The notes under the pieces are model-generated. The model was not told where the DNA came from, ran no database searches, and saw only the letters and a list, made by a program, of their open reading frames with translations. DNA of 64,000 bases from a virus. The first letter of the stretch is position 1, and every line of letters starts with the position of its first letter. The stretch lies in the IMG/VR virus record IMGVR_UViG_3300007513_000009; one strand, 5' to 3'. The position numbers and the translations under genes are program-made. Below, piece by piece: positions 29,648 to 39,613 of the stretch.

Positions 29648-31636
29648 ATGAGTAAAAAATTTACATTATCGGAAAATTTTGTTTCCAAATACAAAAGAAA
29701 AAAACCACCATTCGGATTTAATGGTCTGGGTGAATTGGTCTATATGAGAACTTATTCTCGTGTTAAAAAAAATGGTAAAAATGAAAGATGGTGGGAAACC
29801 ATCAAGAGGGTTGTAGAAGGGACATATTCAATGCAAAAAAATTGGATAGATTCTCATCAATTGGGTTGGAATCCTTGGCAAGCACAAGCATCAGCTCAAG
29901 AAATGTATGACCGAATGTTCAATATGAAGTTCTTACCGCCTGGTCGAGGTCTTTGGGCTATGGGAACACCAATTACTGAGAAAAAAGGTTTATATGCCGC
30001 ACTTAATAATTGTGCATTTGTATCAACTGGAACTATTAAGGATGATTATTCAAAACCATTCTGTTTTTTAATGGATGCAAGTATGTTAGGTGTTGGTGTT
30101 GGTTTCGATACAAAAGGTGCTGGTGAGGTTATGATTAAATTACCTAATCCAAATAGAGGTATAGAAGAATATGAGATACCAGATACACGAGAAGGATGGG
30201 TAGAATCATTAAAGTTATTGTTAGAGAGTTATTTTCATGGAACATCAGAAATTCAATTTGATTACACAAAGATTAGACCAGCAGGCGCACCAATCAAAGG
30301 TTTCGGTGGTGTATCAAGTGGACATGAACCTTTAGAAGAAATTCATGAAGAGATAAGAAAAGTATTAAATAGAAATGTAGAAAATCCTATAACCACAACA
30401 ACCATTGTTGATATAATGAACCTAATTGGTAAATGTGTTGTCGCAGGTAATGTAAGAAGGACAGCAGAAATTGTATTTGGTGATCCACAGGATGATGAGT
30501 ATTTAGATCTTAAAAATTATGAAGTAAACCCACATAGGGAACAATATGGTTGGACTTCAAATAATTCTATATTTGCAGAACTCGGTATGGATTATACTGA
30601 TGTTTGTAAGAGAATTAATGATAATGGTGAACCAGGATTTGCATGGTTGGATAATATGAGAAAATTTTCTCGTATGCAAAATGGTGGTGATAATAAAGAC
30701 CATAGAGTCGCGGGTGGTAATCCTTGTCTTGAACAATCACTTGAATCATATGAGTTATGTTGTTTAGTAGAAACTTTTCCAAATAACCATGAGTCATTAG
30801 AGGACTATAAAAGGACACTTAAATATGCTTATTTGTATGCCAAAACGGTAACACTTGGAAAGACTCATTGGAGTGAAACCAATAGAGTTATGTTAAGAAA
30901 TAGACGAATTGGATGTTCAGTAAGCGGTGTTGCACAGTTTGTTACTAAACATGGTTTAGAAGAATTAAAAAATTGGTTAGAAGATGGATATGATACAATT
31001 CAAGAATGGGATAAACAATATAGTGATTGGTTAGCAGTACCAAAGTCAATTAAAACAACATCAGTTAAACCAAGTGGTACGGTTTCACTCTTAGTAGGAG
31101 CAACTCCTGGAATGCACTATCCAGAGTCAAGATTTTATATCCGTAGGATGAGACTATCAAAACATTCGGAGTTAATAGAACCATTAAAGAAAGCTGGATA
31201 TAATGTAGAACCAGCATATGGTTCAGAAGATTCCACAGTTGTAGTAGATGTGCCCGTTGATGCGGGGGAGGGTATAAGAACTGCGGCTGAACTTTCGATT
31301 TGGGAACAATTCAGTTTAGCTGCATTCTTACAACGACATTGGGCAGATAACCAAGTTAGTTGTACAGCAACATTCAATCCTGAAACAGAAGCTGAAGAAC
31401 TGCCACATGTATTAAATTATTTTCAATATAGATTAAAAGGTATATCGTTATTACCAAGAAAAAATGGTGGAGCTTACAAACAGATGCCATATGAAGCAAT
31501 AGATGAAAAAACATATCATTTTGAAACTGAGAAACTTGGATATTTGAGTTTTGTTGGTGTTGAAGGTGAAGAAGCAGAAATAGATAAATTTTGTAATAAT
31601 GATGTATGTGAAATTCCAATCGGAGGTCAAGTATGA
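29648..31636 (+). CDS. nrdJ: Class II (adenosylcobalamin-dependent) ribonucleotide reductase, monomeric RTPR type
   Basis: RTYSR, PPGRGLW, LNNCAF, GNVRRTAEI, NPCLEQ, VKPSGTVS, C-terminal C-x4-C; no beta subunit nearby. Confidence 0.9.
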   Translation: MSKKFTLSENFVSKYKRKKPPFGFNGLGELVYMRTYSRVKKNGKNERWWETIKRVVEGTYSMQKNWIDSHQLGWNPWQAQASAQEMYDRMFNMKFLPPGRGLWAMGTPITEKKGLYAALNNCAFVSTGTIKDDYSKPFCFLMDASMLGVGVGFDTKGAGEVMIKLPNPNRGIEEYEIPDTREGWVESLKLLLESYFHGTSEIQFDYTKIRPAGAPIKGFGGVSSGHEPLEEIHEEIRKVLNRNVENPITTTTIVDIMNLIGKCVVAGNVRRTAEIVFGDPQDDEYLDLKNYEVNPHREQYGWTSNNSIFAELGMDYTDVCKRINDNGEPGFAWLDNMRKFSRMQNGGDNKDHRVAGGNPCLEQSLESYELCCLVETFPNNHESLEDYKRTLKYAYLYAKTVTLGKTHWSETNRVMLRNRRIGCSVSGVAQFVTKHGLEELKNWLEDGYDTIQEWDKQYSDWLAVPKSIKTTSVKPSGTVSLLVGATPGMHYPESRFYIRRMRLSKHSELIEPLKKAGYNVEPAYGSEDSTVVVDVPVDAGEGIRTAAELSIWEQFSLAAFLQRHWADNQVSCTATFNPETEAEELPHVLNYFQYRLKGISLLPRKNGGAYKQMPYEAIDEKTYHFETEKLGYLSFVGVEGEEAEIDKFCNNDVCEIPIGGQV

Positions 31637-32790
31637 AAACACTATTAAGAGACTTATCACCTAAATGGTGGTCTGTTGTAATTTGGATATTAGCCGCAAT
31701 AATATTATGTGGTAATAAAGTATATGGACAATTAGAGGTCGGGGATATTTCACCTGATTTCGAAGCACCAGTTTGTGTTAATGATAACACAGAAGATGGT
31801 TATTGGAGCCTATATGAAGAAGGAGCTAATAAGGTTACTTGGATTAATCTATTTACATCTTGGTGACCATCCTGTCAAACGGAGGCTCCGCAAACAGAAA
31901 GTATTTGGCAAGGATTTATCGCAGAAAACGAAACATATGTTAATGTAATTGCAAATGGATTTGATTGGTCAACCTATAGTTGTGAGGGATGGGCAGATGC
32001 ATTTGGGATAAGTTATCCAATATTAGATGGTGGTACAAGTGGTGGTGAAGCTTGGACACTTTATGGAGATGGATACATACCACATAATGTAGTATTAGAT
32101 CATAACTACGAAGTTCTCTATACAGCTTCAGGATATTCTGAAGGTGCTATATTGGCTGCTATAGAATTAGGATTATCTTATATACCGAGAGATTTAGACC
32201 AAGATGGTATACTGGATTCTATAGATAATTGCATAGACATACAGAACTATGACCAACTAGATACTGATGGGGATGGTATGGGTGACGCGTGTGATCAATG
32301 TGACAATTTAGTATTTACAGGTGGGAATGTAGATGGTAATGGTACTATAGATATTTTAGATGTGATGTTTTTAGTAGATATGTTGTTGGGAACTGATACA
32401 TATATTTGTGCAGAAGAAGCAGGAGACATAACACAAGATGGTTATTTGAATGTATTGGATGTCATAGGTTTGGTTCAAATTATATTAGGTGGTAATCAGC
32501 AACAAGCTATGCAATACTTACAACAGATATTGGATCCAATTCAATTCAAACAATTGACACAAGAATTATTTATGGTAGAGGCACCCAAAGTACTTGTGTG
32601 GCCTAATCCATCAAATAGTGTTATGAATATTACTGGTTATGGACATGTTCAGATATATGATATGTTAGGTAGAGAAGTATATAATAATCATTTAAATGGG
32701 CATCATATTTGGGATACTCGTAAATTATCAAGTGGTATGTATGCTTTGGTTAATTATGGTGAGGTAGTTATAGTTACTTTATTAAAATAA
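31633..32790 (+). CDS. Secreted redoxin (TlpA/AhpC-TSA-like) selenoprotein, Sec78, with TSP3 repeats, dockerin-like domain and T9SS-type C-terminal domain; 385 aa via UGA recoding
   Basis: Track ORFs 31633..31866 and 32152..32790 share one frame interrupted only by TGA 31864-31866, giving FTSW-U-PSC-QTEAP; SECIS-like hairpin follows. Confidence 0.8.
31867..31897 (+). promoter_or_regulatory. Candidate bacterial SECIS element
   Basis: CTGT(31872-75)/ACAG(31894-97) lower stem, CGGA/TCCG upper stem, GGC apical loop starting 18 nt after the UGA. Confidence 0.55.
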
Positions 32791-32792
32791 TC

Positions 32793-32822
32793 TTGACTTA
32801 TATAGGGTTTTATTGTTATATT
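32793..32822 (+). promoter_or_regulatory. Sigma70-like promoter (TTGACT-18-TATATT, extended -10)
   Basis: Upstream of PolB. Confidence 0.55.
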
Positions 32823-32854
32823 TACATATCGAAAATGGGGATTTTATAATCTAA

Positions 32855-35389
32855 ATGTATCAGAATATTTGGTCTGAGAAAAGAGCGAATAATCAAGTTG
32901 AAGTTCACTTATGGGATGATGTAGCTGGTTATCAGAATTTTATATTTAAGAATTATGCCTATGTAAAAGATGGAGGTGGTCAATATCGCTCCATTTATGG
33001 TGATAAGTTAAAAAAAATAAATTATTGGTCAGAAGAAGATTTTAAAACCGGTAAAGTTTTTGAGTCTGATATACCATTGGATACTCGCATTTTAATGGAT
33101 AGATATCCTGATTCTGATGAACCATCCAAAGATCATGTTGAATTATATTTTGATATTGAGGTTGAAGTTACAGATGGATTTCCCCTGCCGGAGGAAGCAA
33201 AGAATAAAATTACTTCTGTCGCACTTTATAATAACATTGATGAAGAATATAAAGTTTATGTATTAGGAAACACACAAGACTTCAGGAGTGAAGCTAAAAA
33301 TTTATCGATTTCAAAAAACAATGTAAGAATTTTTGATTCGGAGTATGAATTATTACAAGCATTGTTGAAGTATTGGGTTGAAATAAAACCAACAATAATT
33401 ACGGGGTGGAATATAGATAAATTTGATGTTCCTTATCTATATAATAGGATGACTCAGTTTTTGGGAATGGATATGGCTAATGCTCTTTCACCAATAGGTA
33501 AAGTTGTTTATAATCAGAATAAAAAGAGATATAGGATAGCTGGTGTTAGTTCGTTAGATTATTTGGAGTTGTATAAGAAATTTACTTTTATAAGTCGATC
33601 TAGTTATCGATTGGATTATATAGGTCAGATAGAAGTTGGTATGGGTAAGGTTGAGTATGAAGGTACATTAGACCAATTGTTAGAAAATAACATTGAAAAG
33701 TTTATTGAATATAACTTAGTTGATGTTAAGATTATTGTAGCATTAGAGAAGAAGTTAAAATTAATTGATTTGGCTAAAGCTGTATCTCATATGGGTAGAA
33801 TACCATATGAAGAAGTATATTTTAGTTCTCGATATATTGAAGGTGCCATGTTAACCTATTTGAAAAGTCTCAACTTAGTTGCTCCAAGTAAAAGATATGA
33901 TGTGAGTTATGATAATTCTCGCGTTGGGTTTAGTGGTGCTTATGTGAAGGATCCTAATCCTGGTAAATATGAATGGGTGTTTGATTTGGATTTAACTTCT
34001 ATGTATCCATCTGTTATTATGTCATTGAATATATCACCTGAAACAAAAATTGGAAGATTAAATGGTTGGGATGCTGAAGAATTTTTGAGAGGGGATGAAA
34101 AAACTTATACAGTAAAAAAGGGGAAGAAAGTCATTCGTAGATTTAGTACTGGTGAGTTGAAAGATTTTTTAAATAAGAATAAGGTATCAATTTCTTCTAA
34201 TGGAGTGTTATATCATTTAGATAGAAAAGGTGTTATACCAGCAATACTTGAAAAGTGGTTTAATGAAAGAGTTGAATACAGAGGATTGGTTAAGAAATAT
34301 AGTAAAGATGGTAATAATGAATTACATGATTATTTTGATAGAAGGCAATATGTCCAAAAGATTCTTTTGAATAGTTTTTATGGTGTATTGGGGTTACCAG
34401 TATTTAGATTTTATGATATTGATAATGCTGAAGCTACTACTACAACTGGTGTTACATTGATTCAATTTACAGAGAAAATAGCTAATTATTATTATAATAA
34501 AATTTTAAAAACAAATGAAGATTATTGTATATATACTGATACAGATTCGGTTTTTTATTCTGCTATTCCATTGATTAACAAAAGATTTCCTGATGCTGAT
34601 TTTGGTGATGTAAAGTTTATGACAAAACAGATTTTGGATATCGCTAGTGAAGTGCAAGATTATATTAATAAATCTTATGATTATTTTTCAAGTAAATTTT
34701 TGAATATTAAGGAAGAACATCGGTTTGACATTAAACAAGAGGTTATTGCTAAGAGTGCTTTTTGGGTAACTAAAAAACGATACGGTCAATGGATTATCAA
34801 TGATGGTGGTACTACATGTGAGAAACTTGATGTAAAGGGATTAGATATTGTTAGAAGTTCTTTCCCACCAGCATTTCAGAAGTTTATGACAAATATATTG
34901 AAAGCTATTCTTCATGATATTGATAAGGAAAAGATTGATAATTTCATATTAGGTTTTAAGAAGAAGTTAGATACTAATGAAATTATTGACATATCGTTAC
35001 CAAGTGGTGTAAAGGGGATTAAGAAGTATTCTTATAAATCAAATAAAGGTGATATCTTTACAAAGATGAAATCTGGAGCTCCAGTACATGTAAAAGCATC
35101 GGTATCTTATAATGATTTATTGAGACATTTTAATGCTAATCATTTGGAACCAATTAGAAATCATAGTAAAATTAAATGGGTATATTTAAAAAGTAATCCA
35201 TTTCATTTAGATACTATTGCATATAAGGGGTATGATGATCCAGATGAGATTATGGATTTTATATCTAAATATATAGATAGGGATAAATTATTTGATAGGG
35301 CATTAACAAAGAAAATAAAAATGTTTTACGATGCTTTGAAGTGGGATATGCCCGTAGATAAACAAAATACAGTAGAAAGATTTTTTTAG
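32855..35389 (+). CDS. Family B DNA polymerase (gp43-like)
   Basis: Exo DIEVE, GWNIDKFD, YNLVDV; Pol DLTSMYPS, KILLNSFYG, YTDTDS, KKRY. Confidence 0.95.
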   Translation: MYQNIWSEKRANNQVEVHLWDDVAGYQNFIFKNYAYVKDGGGQYRSIYGDKLKKINYWSEEDFKTGKVFESDIPLDTRILMDRYPDSDEPSKDHVELYFDIEVEVTDGFPLPEEAKNKITSVALYNNIDEEYKVYVLGNTQDFRSEAKNLSISKNNVRIFDSEYELLQALLKYWVEIKPTIITGWNIDKFDVPYLYNRMTQFLGMDMANALSPIGKVVYNQNKKRYRIAGVSSLDYLELYKKFTFISRSSYRLDYIGQIEVGMGKVEYEGTLDQLLENNIEKFIEYNLVDVKIIVALEKKLKLIDLAKAVSHMGRIPYEEVYFSSRYIEGAMLTYLKSLNLVAPSKRYDVSYDNSRVGFSGAYVKDPNPGKYEWVFDLDLTSMYPSVIMSLNISPETKIGRLNGWDAEEFLRGDEKTYTVKKGKKVIRRFSTGELKDFLNKNKVSISSNGVLYHLDRKGVIPAILEKWFNERVEYRGLVKKYSKDGNNELHDYFDRRQYVQKILLNSFYGVLGLPVFRFYDIDNAEATTTTGVTLIQFTEKIANYYYNKILKTNEDYCIYTDTDSVFYSAIPLINKRFPDADFGDVKFMTKQILDIASEVQDYINKSYDYFSSKFLNIKEEHRFDIKQEVIAKSAFWVTKKRYGQWIINDGGTTCEKLDVKGLDIVRSSFPPAFQKFMTNILKAILHDIDKEKIDNFILGFKKKLDTNEIIDISLPSGVKGIKKYSYKSNKGDIFTKMKSGAPVHVKASVSYNDLLRHFNANHLEPIRNHSKIKWVYLKSNPFHLDTIAYKGYDDPDEIMDFISKYIDRDKLFDRALTKKIKMFYDALKWDMPVDKQNTVERFF

Positions 35390-35418
35390 TTGACAAATTG
35401 AAAAAAAATGTGTAAATT
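35390..35418 (+). promoter_or_regulatory. Sigma70-like promoter (TTGACA-17-TAAATT)
   Basis: Perfect -35 and 17 nt spacer upstream of the clamp gene. Confidence 0.6.
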
Positions 35419-35447
35419 AAACAATAATATAAATCATAGGAGATTAT

Positions 35448-36161
35448 ATGAATAAACTATCATTAAATGCTTTTATTCAGAAATACCATCTTGGTGGTAA
35501 TGTAAATTCAGTTACATGGAATTCTGATGGAACGACATTAGCTACTAGATTCATTTCAGGTGATAAGAGTTTGCTTGGTGAACTTTCTTTAGCTAAACAA
35601 AAATTACCAGAATTCGAAGTTGGGGTGTATGACACCACTTTGTTATTTAAAATGCTATCCACACTTTCAGATAAGGTGGATTTTAAAGTTAACGAAGTGG
35701 ATAATCAGCCGGTTAATTTTAATTTTACAGATACAACACTTTCTGTTGATTATGTTTTAGCTGCTACAGGGGTTATACCTGATGTGCCGGAAATGAAAAA
35801 GATACCTGAGTTTGGTACTTCGTTGAATTTAAATTCACAATTTATTACTTCTTTCATTCGTGGAAAAGGTGCTTTGGCTGATGTAGAAACTTTTGCAATT
35901 ACTCCTGTTAGTGGTGGGGTTGAATTCACAATTGGATATTCAGATATGAATTCTAATAGGATTAGTATTGCTGTACAAAGTGGTGCTGTTGATTTAGAAA
36001 ATCCTGTTATATTTAATGCTGATTTATTTAAAGAAGTGTTAAGTGCTAATAAAGAATGTTCTAAAGCTACTCTTAAAGTATCTTCTAAAGGTCTTGCTTA
36101 TATAGAGTTTAAGATAGATAATTTTGTTGCAAAATACTATTTAGTATCACAACAGACTTGA
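35448..36161 (+). CDS. Sliding clamp (gp45-like)
   Basis: 237 aa between PolB and clamp loader; FEVGVYDT and VSSKGLA..F......YYL pattern. Confidence 0.7.
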   Translation: MNKLSLNAFIQKYHLGGNVNSVTWNSDGTTLATRFISGDKSLLGELSLAKQKLPEFEVGVYDTTLLFKMLSTLSDKVDFKVNEVDNQPVNFNFTDTTLSVDYVLAATGVIPDVPEMKKIPEFGTSLNLNSQFITSFIRGKGALADVETFAITPVSGGVEFTIGYSDMNSNRISIAVQSGAVDLENPVIFNADLFKEVLSANKECSKATLKVSSKGLAYIEFKIDNFVAKYYLVSQQT

Positions 36162-36162
36162 T

Positions 36163-37071
36163 ATGAAATCACATGGATTATGGGTTGAAAAATATCGCCC
36201 TCAAGACCTATCAACTTATGTAGGTAATGACAATTTAAAAGTTAAGGTTGCTAGATTTATAGAGGAGCAAAATGTACCACAATTGCTTCTTTATGGAAAG
36301 GCTGGTGGTGGTAAAACCACACTTGCTAAAATTATTGTTAATAATGTTGAGTGTGATTATCTTTATATTAATGCATCGGATGAAAGAAACATAGATTTGG
36401 TTCGAGACAAGTTGAAGACATTTGCTTCTTCAATTGGTTTTAAACCAAATAAGATTGTTATTTTGGATGAGGCTGATTACCTAAATCCCAATTCTGCTCA
36501 ACCAGCTCTTCGTAATTTAATGGAAACATTTTCTGTTCATTGTCGATTTATATTGACTTGTAATTATGTTGAAAAAATTATCGATCCATTACAAAGTAGA
36601 TGTCAGACTTATAAGATAATACCACCATCAAAGAAAGAGGTGGCACTTCATGTAAAAGGCATTTTAGAAAAAGAAAATATTGATTTTGATTTGGATGATT
36701 TAGCATTAATAGTAACTGCTGGTTATCCAGATTTGAGAAAAATCATCAATGATTTACAAAGACAATGTATTGATGGTGAGTTGAAAGTTGATAAACAAGG
36801 AATGTTGAATAATGAATTTAAATTATTGTTTATTGAATCATTAAAAAATCGTGATGATATACGGACAATTAGACAGTTGGTGGCTAATAATAATTTTACT
36901 GATTTTACAGAATTATTTAGGTTGATGTATGATGAAGTAGAAAATTTTGCTGATGATAGAATCGCTGAAGCCATAGCAGAGATTTCAAATGGCCTTTATC
37001 AAGATATTTTAGTGCCCGATAAAGAGATAAATTTTATAGCAACAATTTCAAATATGTTAAGGAAAATATAA
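36163..37071 (+). CDS. Clamp loader AAA+ subunit (gp44/RFC-like)
   Basis: LWVEKYRP, GKAGGGKTT, INASDER, ILDEAD, LQSRC. Confidence 0.92.
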   Translation: MKSHGLWVEKYRPQDLSTYVGNDNLKVKVARFIEEQNVPQLLLYGKAGGGKTTLAKIIVNNVECDYLYINASDERNIDLVRDKLKTFASSIGFKPNKIVILDEADYLNPNSAQPALRNLMETFSVHCRFILTCNYVEKIIDPLQSRCQTYKIIPPSKKEVALHVKGILEKENIDFDLDDLALIVTAGYPDLRKIINDLQRQCIDGELKVDKQGMLNNEFKLLFIESLKNRDDIRTIRQLVANNNFTDFTELFRLMYDEVENFADDRIAEAIAEISNGLYQDILVPDKEINFIATISNMLRKI

Positions 37072-37319
37072 TGAATATGAAAGCACAAAAACCAATAAAA
37101 CAACCACAACAACAAGTACAAGTTGATTTAACAACTGCTGAAACTATGACATGTGCTGAGTGTGAAAATAAAATTTTTATACAAGGTTATGTGGTAAAAA
37201 GAATATCGGCTATAGTTTCACCTACCGGAAAAGAAGTCATTGCTCCAGTTCAAGTTTTTAATTGTGGAAACTGTGGTGAGATATTAAATATTGGTGGGGA
37301 AATGGATGAACTTATTTAA
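37071..37319 (+). CDS. Zinc-ribbon hypothetical protein
   Basis: CAEC...CGNCG. Confidence 0.65.
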   Translation: MNMKAQKPIKQPQQQVQVDLTTAETMTCAECENKIFIQGYVVKRISAIVSPTGKEVIAPVQVFNCGNCGEILNIGGEMDELI

Positions 37320-37725
37320 GTGGATTAACGAATTATTTGTTGGAAAGAGGGATTGGAATACATTTACCGATGATGATAAAAAAACCTTTAGTCCATTTAT
37401 GATTAATCGATATTTAAGTATGAAGGAAGATTATTTACCAATAGTCAATCATTTTCAGAAATTTACAATTCTAACGATGCCACATAGTGCTGTGTATCGT
37501 TTCTACTGTAATCTTTTGCCAAAGCAAAAGGTTTATTTAAAATATATGAGTGGTAATAAAAGAAAAGTGAATAAAGATTTGATTGGCTATTTGGTAGATT
37601 ATTTTGAAGTAAGTACTCGCCAAGCTTTAGATTATTATGATTTATTTAACAATAGTGATTTAAAATCTATATTGAGGGAATATGGAAAATCTAAAAAAGA
37701 AATGAAAACAATGGGATTAAAATGA
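37306..37725 (+). CDS. Clamp loader small subunit (gp62-like)
   Basis: PFMINRYLS motif, YFEVS..QA..Y; synteny; ATG 37306 preferred to the track start. Confidence 0.65.
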   Translation: MNLFKWINELFVGKRDWNTFTDDDKKTFSPFMINRYLSMKEDYLPIVNHFQKFTILTMPHSAVYRFYCNLLPKQKVYLKYMSGNKRKVNKDLIGYLVDYFEVSTRQALDYYDLFNNSDLKSILREYGKSKKEMKTMGLK

Positions 37726-38621
37726 AGTGTTTAGTTACAGGTGGTGCTGGATTTATTGGTTCTAACTTAATTAAGCGATTGGTAAGTGATGGGCACAAGG
37801 TTGTATCATTGGATAATTATTCTACTGGTAAGAAAGAAAATGAAGTGGATGGTTGTCAATATTTTGAAGTCGATTTATCAGAGGTAAAGTATTATTCGTT
37901 TTTTCAAGACAAACCTTCTGTGATTTTTCATTTAGCTGCATTGTCTCGTATTCAACCATCGTTTGATGATCCAGAACAAACATTTAAATCTAATATATAT
38001 TCTACTGTTAATATAATGGAAGATGCGAGACGAAATCAAATACCTGTTGTATATGCTGGAACATCATCTGTGCATGGTGATAAATATATTAATCCATATA
38101 CATTTACAAAGTGGCAAGCTGAAGAGATAGTAAAAATGTATAGCGAGTTATTTGATATACCAAGTTGTATTTGTAGATTTTATAATGTTTATGGGCCAGG
38201 GCAGACTACTGAAGGGGCTTATTGTAATGTTCTTGGAGTCTTTGAAAAACAATATAGAGAAGGTAAGCCATTAACTATTACGAGTGATGGAGAACAAAGA
38301 CGAGATTTTATTCATGTTGAAGATGTAGTAGATGGGATGGTAAGGTGTATGCAGGCTATGCATGGTGTTGTGGATAGGAGATTTTCTGGTTGGTCATTTG
38401 AGTTAGGGTCTGGAAAAAATTATTCAATTAATGAAATAGCTAAGGCGTTTTCAATCATAACGCCTATGGGTAGTGGTGAATATCCAACTAAATATATTGA
38501 TGCTAAATCAGGAGAGATGAGAGAAACTTTATGCACAGATGGTACAGCTAATGAGATATTAGATTGGAATCCTAAAGGTGATATAATAGAATATATAAGA
38601 GAGGAGTTGGTAAATGAGTAA
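37722..38621 (+). CDS. NAD-dependent nucleotide-sugar epimerase/dehydratase
   Basis: TGGAGFIGS, HLAA, YTFTK (YxxxK), RFYNVYGP, RRDFIHVED. Confidence 0.9.
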   Translation: MKCLVTGGAGFIGSNLIKRLVSDGHKVVSLDNYSTGKKENEVDGCQYFEVDLSEVKYYSFFQDKPSVIFHLAALSRIQPSFDDPEQTFKSNIYSTVNIMEDARRNQIPVVYAGTSSVHGDKYINPYTFTKWQAEEIVKMYSELFDIPSCICRFYNVYGPGQTTEGAYCNVLGVFEKQYREGKPLTITSDGEQRRDFIHVEDVVDGMVRCMQAMHGVVDRRFSGWSFELGSGKNYSINEIAKAFSIITPMGSGEYPTKYIDAKSGEMRETLCTDGTANEILDWNPKGDIIEYIREELVNE

Positions 38622-38970
38622 ATTGTTATATGCTCTTATTGCATGTTTTTTTGCTAATATAATAGCATTTGTGCAATTACAAGGACATTATGTTTGGCCT
38701 AATATTAAGTGGTTTAAAGAACAATGGTTTGTTATATTCTTGAGTGCTTTTATTGCCCCAGCTCTTTGGTATTCAACAAAATGGTCTTTTGAACATTTTG
38801 GATTTTTTTGGAATTTTAGATTAATTGGTTTTGGTATAGGAACTATAGTTTTTGGACTATTGGCTTGGCTTTATTTAGATGAGATACCTACAATGAAAAC
38901 TATTATTTCTTTAATATTAGCATTATGTATTATTTTAATACAACTTACTAATTTAGAACAAATAAAATGA
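38614..38970 (+). CDS. Small four-helix membrane protein (DMT/SMR-like)
   Basis: Four hydrophobic segments in 118 aa. Confidence 0.55.
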   Translation: MSKLLYALIACFFANIIAFVQLQGHYVWPNIKWFKEQWFVIFLSAFIAPALWYSTKWSFEHFGFFWNFRLIGFGIGTIVFGLLAWLYLDEIPTMKTIISLILALCIILIQLTNLEQIK

Positions 38971-39597
38971 ATGTCGGTTACAGAATATACGGTTGAACAA
39001 ATACCAAGAAAAAGTATTGTTAAGTTTATTGAAAAACACCATTATTCACATAATGTAAATGGGGTTCAATCGTTATACCACTTTGGATTATTTAGAGAAG
39101 GTAACTTTGGTTTGCCAACAATGATAGGGGCTATGATGTATGCTTATCCGTCTATGCCAGCAACGGCAGCTAAGTATAATCCTATCAATCCTAATAAGTG
39201 CTTAGAATTAAGAAGATTAGTATGTGTAGACGACACATTTAAGAATACAGAGAGTTATTTTATTGGACAAACATTTAAGTGGTTAAAACAAAATACAGAT
39301 ATGGAGGTGGTAGTTTCTTTTGCTGATAAACATTATGGGCACACCGGTGTGATATATAGGGCTACAAATTTTGAATATTTAGGAGAAACTTCTAAAGGAA
39401 TTATATTGATGGTTGATGGTAAGGAAATGCATAGTAGATCTATGAATCAGAGGAAAAGGCCATATAGTAGAGAGATAAAAAGGCGCTATGATAGTGGCGA
39501 CAAAAATATCTTTTTTAAAGATAGAGATTCAAAAAATATATATGTGTATTATTTGAATAAAAAAATTAAGAGAAAAATAAAGTCTTTGAATAAATAA
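38971..39597 (+). CDS. Mom-like GNAT DNA (adenine) modification enzyme
   Basis: FIEKHHYS, LELRRL, KNTESYFIG, VVSFAD..GHTGVIYRATNF.YLG match the Mu Mom family pattern. Confidence 0.75.
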   Translation: MSVTEYTVEQIPRKSIVKFIEKHHYSHNVNGVQSLYHFGLFREGNFGLPTMIGAMMYAYPSMPATAAKYNPINPNKCLELRRLVCVDDTFKNTESYFIGQTFKWLKQNTDMEVVVSFADKHYGHTGVIYRATNFEYLGETSKGIILMVDGKEMHSRSMNQRKRPYSREIKRRYDSGDKNIFFKDRDSKNIYVYYLNKKIKRKIKSLNK

Positions 39598-39613
39598 ATA
39601 TAGAGGTTATATT

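Noticed and set aside
31633-31866. Separate 77 aa gene plus a separate TTG-started 212 aa gene at 32152
   Set aside because: Same frame, no RBS before 32152, and the 285 nt between them encodes the rest of the redoxin fold
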